Positions 20,136-24,000 of a stretch of DNA of 24,000 bases are shown in pieces. A program made the position numbers and the translations under genes. How positions within the stretch are numbered: position 1 is the first letter of the stretch; every line of letters begins with the position of its first letter. The notes under the pieces were generated by a model that searched no databases, had not been told where the DNA came from, and worked only from the letters and a program-made list of their open reading frames with translations. The stretch lies in NCBI RefSeq assembly GCF_055388945.1, contig NZ_AP042529.1; one strand, 5' to 3'.

Positions 20136-21191
20136 TTAAAACTGATAGGTCATGCCAACCGCGACAATATCATCATTATTAATATTCAATTTGTTATCGC
20201 TATCCAGTTGGTTGATTTTATAATCAACAAACGCTGACATATTTTTGTTGAAATAATATGTAGCCCCGACATCGATATAATTGACCAGATCTTCATCACC
20301 GATACCTTCAATATCTTTCCCTTTCGATAAGACATAACCCAGCGATGGACGCAGACCAAAGTCAAACTGGTATTGAGCGACCGCTTCAAAGTTCTGTGTC
20401 TTATTGGCAAAGCCGCCAGTTATTGGCGTCATTTTGCGTGTTTCAGAATAAAAAGTTGCCAGATAAATATTATTGGCATCGTATTTCAGACCTGTAGCCC
20501 AAGCTTCTGCACGCTTGCCTGTGCCACGGCTTTGCAGGTTCTGCTCGTTGGTGCGATCTGAGTTGGTATAGGCCCCACTAATGGCGAAATCGCTGCCGCC
20601 AAAGTCATATGTCAATGACGTGCCGAAGCCATCGCCGTTTTGCTTTTTAACGTCGCGGTTTTCGTTTTTCCCTTGATATTGCAGGGTTAAGTTCAGGCCA
20701 TCGATAACGCCGAAGAAGTCGGTGTTCCGATACGTCGCCAGACCGCTGGCGCGTTTGGTCATAAAGTTGTCGGTCTGCGCCGAGGAGTCGCCACCAAATT
20801 CCGGGAACATATCGGTCCAGGCTTCCACGTCATACAACGCGCCCAGGTTACGGCCATAGTCGAAAGAACCCAAATCTTTATACTTCAATCCGGCAAAAGC
20901 GAGACGCGTTTTTTGCTGTGCAGTATCACTCTCCGCTTTATTTCCGGCAAACTCCGCTTCCCAACGACCATAACCAGTCAGTTGATCGTTAATTTGTGTT
21001 TCGCCTTTAAAACCAAAACGGATATAACTCTGGTCGCCATCTTTACTGTCGTTATCACTCATATAATGCATGGCTTTAACTTTGCCATAGACATCCAGTT
21101 TATTACCGTCTTTGTTATATATTTCTGCGGCCTGTACGGATGCAGATGCCACAATGCCCATCACCACTAATGCCAGAGTGCTCTTTTTCAT
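20136..21191 (-). CDS. phoE: Phosphate-limitation-inducible outer membrane porin PhoE (351 aa)
   Basis: [48 protein letters not shown]...GMTYQF; general porin architecture with terminal Phe. Confidence 0.97.
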   Translation of the reverse strand: MKKSTLALVVMGIVASASVQAAEIYNKDGNKLDVYGKVKAMHYMSDNDSKDGDQSYIRFGFKGETQINDQLTGYGRWEAEFAGNKAESDTAQQKTRLAFAGLKYKDLGSFDYGRNLGALYDVEAWTDMFPEFGGDSSAQTDNFMTKRASGLATYRNTDFFGVIDGLNLTLQYQGKNENRDVKKQNGDGFGTSLTYDFGGSDFAISGAYTNSDRTNEQNLQSRGTGKRAEAWATGLKYDANNIYLATFYSETRKMTPITGGFANKTQNFEAVAQYQFDFGLRPSLGYVLSKGKDIEGIGDEDLVNYIDVGATYYFNKNMSAFVDYKINQLDSDNKLNINNDDIVAVGMTYQF

Positions 21192-21272
21192 TTTCATTCC
21201 TGATTTTAATTAACGCGCGAATATTCTGCGGGAGAGCCCCGTTGAAAACAGGAAAGTTTTTAACCTGAGATT

Positions 21273-21290
21273 GTTAAAGATATATTACAG
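21273..21290 (-). promoter_or_regulatory. Pho box (PhoB binding site) upstream of phoE
   Basis: Minus strand CTGTAATATATCTTTAAC, two CTGTNAT-like heptads. Confidence 0.65.
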
Positions 21291-21478
21291 ATTAATGATA
21301 TTCTTAAAATGTGGTAATTTATTAAATCTGTAATAAAAGCGTAAACAACTGCCGTTAGGCTTGCTGATCCCGCGCAACAAAACGCCATGCTTTGCTCGCA
21401 GATGGTTGGCAACCGACGACAGTCCTGCTAAAACGTTCGTTTGATATCATTTTTCCTAAAATTGAATGGCAGAGAATC

Positions 21479-22582
21479 ATGAGTGACAGCCAGACGCTGG
21501 TGGTAAAACTCGGCACCAGTGTGCTAACAGGCGGATCGCGCCGCCTGAACCGTGCCCATATCGTTGAACTTGTTCGCCAGTGCGCGCAGTTACATGCCGC
21601 CGGGCATCGGATTGTTATTGTGACGTCGGGCGCGATCGCCGCCGGACGTGAGCACCTGGGTTACCCGGAACTGCCAGCGACTATCGCCTCGAAACAACTG
21701 CTGGCGGCGGTAGGGCAGAGTCGACTGATTCAACTGTGGGAACAGCTGTTTTCGATTTATGGCATTCACGTCGGGCAAATGCTGCTGACTCGTGCTGATA
21801 TGGAAGACCGTGAACGCTTCCTGAACGCCCGCGACACCCTGCGTGCGTTGCTCGATAACAATATCGTTCCGGTAATCAATGAGAACGATGCTGTCGCTAC
21901 GGCAGAGATTAAAGTCGGCGATAACGACAACCTTTCTGCACTGGCGGCGATTCTGGCGGGTGCCGATAAACTGTTGTTACTGACCGATCAAAAAGGTTTG
22001 TATACCGCTGACCCGCGCAGCAATCCGCAGGCAGAACTGATTAAAGATGTTTACGGCATTGATGACGCACTGCGCGCGATTGCTGGTGACAGCGTTTCAG
22101 GCCTCGGAACTGGCGGCATGAGTACCAAATTGCAGGCCGCTGACGTGGCTTGCCGTGCGGGTATCGACACCATTATTGCCGCGGGCAGCAAGCCGGGCGT
22201 TATTGGTGATGTGATGGAAGGCATTTCCGTCGGTACGCTGTTCCATGCCCAGGCGACTCCGCTTGAAAACCGTAAACGCTGGATTTTCGGTGCGCCGCCT
22301 GCGGGTGAAATCACGGTAGATGAAGGGGCAACCGCCGCCATTCTTGAACGCGGCAGCTCCCTGTTGCCGAAAGGCATTAAAAGCGTGACTGGCAACTTCT
22401 CGCGTGGTGAAGTCATCCGCATTTGTAACCTCGAAGGTCGCGATATCGCCCACGGCGTCAGTCGTTACAACAGCGATGCATTACGCCGTATTGCCGGACA
22501 CCACTCGCAAGAAATTGATGCAATACTGGGATATGAATACGGCCCGGTTGCCGTTCACCGTGATGACATGATCACCCGTTAA
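21479..22582 (+). CDS. proB: Glutamate 5-kinase ProB (367 aa)
   Basis: [34 protein letters not shown]..; AAK fold plus C-terminal PUA domain. The track ORF extends upstream to 21392, but ATG 21479 fits the known start. Confidence 0.97.
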
Positions 22583-22593
22583 GGAGCAGGCTG

Positions 22594-23847
22594 ATGCTGG
22601 AACAAATGGGCATTGCCGCGAAGCAAGCCTCGTATAAATTAGCGCAACTCTCCAGCCGCGAAAAAAATCGCGTGCTGGAAAAAATCGCCGATGAACTGGA
22701 AGCACAAAGCGAAATCATCCTCAACGCTAACGCCCAGGATGTTGCTGACGCGCGAGCCAATGGCCTTAGCGAAGCGATGCTTGACCGTCTGGCACTGACG
22801 CCCGCACGGCTGAAAGGCATTGCCGACGATGTACGTCAGGTGTGCAACCTCGCCGATCCAGTGGGGCAGGTAATCGATGGCGGCGTACTGGACAGCGGCC
22901 TGCGTCTTGAGCGTCGTCGCGTACCGCTGGGGGTTATTGGCGTGATTTATGAAGCGCGCCCGAACGTGACGGTTGATGTCGCTTCGCTGTGCCTGAAAAC
23001 CGGTAACGCGGTGATCCTGCGTGGTGGCAAAGAAACCTGTCGCACTAACGCGGCAACGGTGGTGGTGATTCAGGACGCCCTGAAATCCTGTGGCTTACCG
23101 GCGGGTGCCGTGCAGGCGATTGATAATCCTGACCGTGCGCTGGTCAGTGAAATGCTGCGTATGGATAAATACATCGACATGCTGATCCCGCGCGGCGGGG
23201 CTGGTTTGCATAAACTGTGCCGCGAGCAGTCGACGATCCCGGTGATCACAGGTGGTATAGGCGTATGCCATATTTATGTTGATGAAAGTGCAGAGATTGC
23301 TGAAGCCCTGAAAGTAATCGTCAATGCGAAAACTCAGCGTCCGAGCACATGTAATACGGTAGAAACGTTGCTGGTGAATAAAAACATCGCCTATAGCTTC
23401 CTGCCCGCATTAAGCAAACAAATGGCGGAAAGCGGCGTGACGTTACACGCAGATGCATCTGCGCTGGCGCAGTTGCAGACAGGCCCTGCGAAGGTGGTGG
23501 CGGTTAAAGCCGAAGAGTATGACGATGAGTTTCTGTCATTAGATTTGAACGTCAAAATCGTCAGCGATCTTGACGATGCCATCGCCCATATTCGTGAACA
23601 CGGCACGCAACACTCCGATGCGATCCTGACCCGCGATATGCGCAACGCCCAGCGTTTTGTTAACGAAGTGGATTCGTCCGCTGTTTACGTTAACGCCTCT
23701 ACGCGTTTTACCGACGGCGGCCAGTTTGGACTGGGTGCGGAAGTGGCGGTAAGCACACAAAAACTCCACGCGCGTGGCCCAATGGGGCTGGAAGCACTGA
23801 CCACTTACAAGTGGATCGGCATTGGTGATTACACCATTCGTGCGTAA
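22594..23847 (+). CDS. proA: Gamma-glutamyl phosphate reductase ProA (417 aa)
   Basis: [82 protein letters not shown]. Confidence 0.98.
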
Positions 23848-23960
23848 ATAAAACCGGGTGATGCAAAAGTAGCCGTTTGATTCACAAGGCCATTGACGCA
23901 TCGCCCGGTTAGTTTTAACCTTGTCCACCGTGATTCACGTTCGTGAACATGTCCTTTCAG

Positions 23961-23999
23961 GGCCGATATAGCTCAGTTGGTAGAGCAGCGCATTCGTAA
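23961..23999 (+). tRNA. thrW: tRNA-Thr (CGU anticodon), 5' half only, truncated by the window end
   Basis: GCCGATATAGCTCAGTTGGTAGAGCAGCGCATTCGTAAT: acceptor, D-arm and anticodon loop with CGT; position after proA matches thrW. Confidence 0.93.
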
Positions 24000-24000
24000 T

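Noticed and set aside
20186-20410. Small minus-strand ORF inside phoE and similar short ORFs within proB/proA (e.g. 22051..22453, 23391..23928)
   Set aside because: Overlap highly conserved genes in alternate frames with no domain or RBS support.

Overview
The window matches the Escherichia coli chromosomal region yafF/yafV through proBA-thrW, and almost all of it is conserved housekeeping or accessory backbone. In order, I read: an apparently intact ISAs1-family (H-repeat-like) element with both terminal inverted repeats; yafV(-), ivy(+), fadE(-), gmhA/lpcA(+), yafJ(+), yafK/dpaA(-), dinJ-yafQ(-), yafL(+), rayT(+); the Flag-2 flagellar deletion scar fhiA(-)/lafU(+); dinB-yafN-yafO-yafP(+); an ERIC element; an rtcB2 fragment joined to a truncated prfH(+); pepD(-), gpt(+), frsA(+), crl(+), phoE(-), proB-proA(+), and the start of tRNA-Thr thrW. 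I see no clearly novel multi-gene system. The most useful observations are lesions and remnants: (i) an apparent 2-nt deletion near the start of the YafQ toxin beside an intact DinJ antitoxin; (ii) an amber codon (W99*) in the REP-associated tyrosine transposase RayT, upstream of the catalytic Tyr; (iii) an out-of-frame deletion junction joining the start of RtcB2 to PrfH, the remains of a ribosome-repair operon, with an ERIC element abutting it; (iv) an intact ISAs1/H-repeat element with a 14-bp perfect palindrome inside its left end; (v) a small ORF with a strong Shine-Dalgarno between yafP and the rtcB2 remnant. Comparisons to K-12 are from memory of the protein sequences, with no alignment run.
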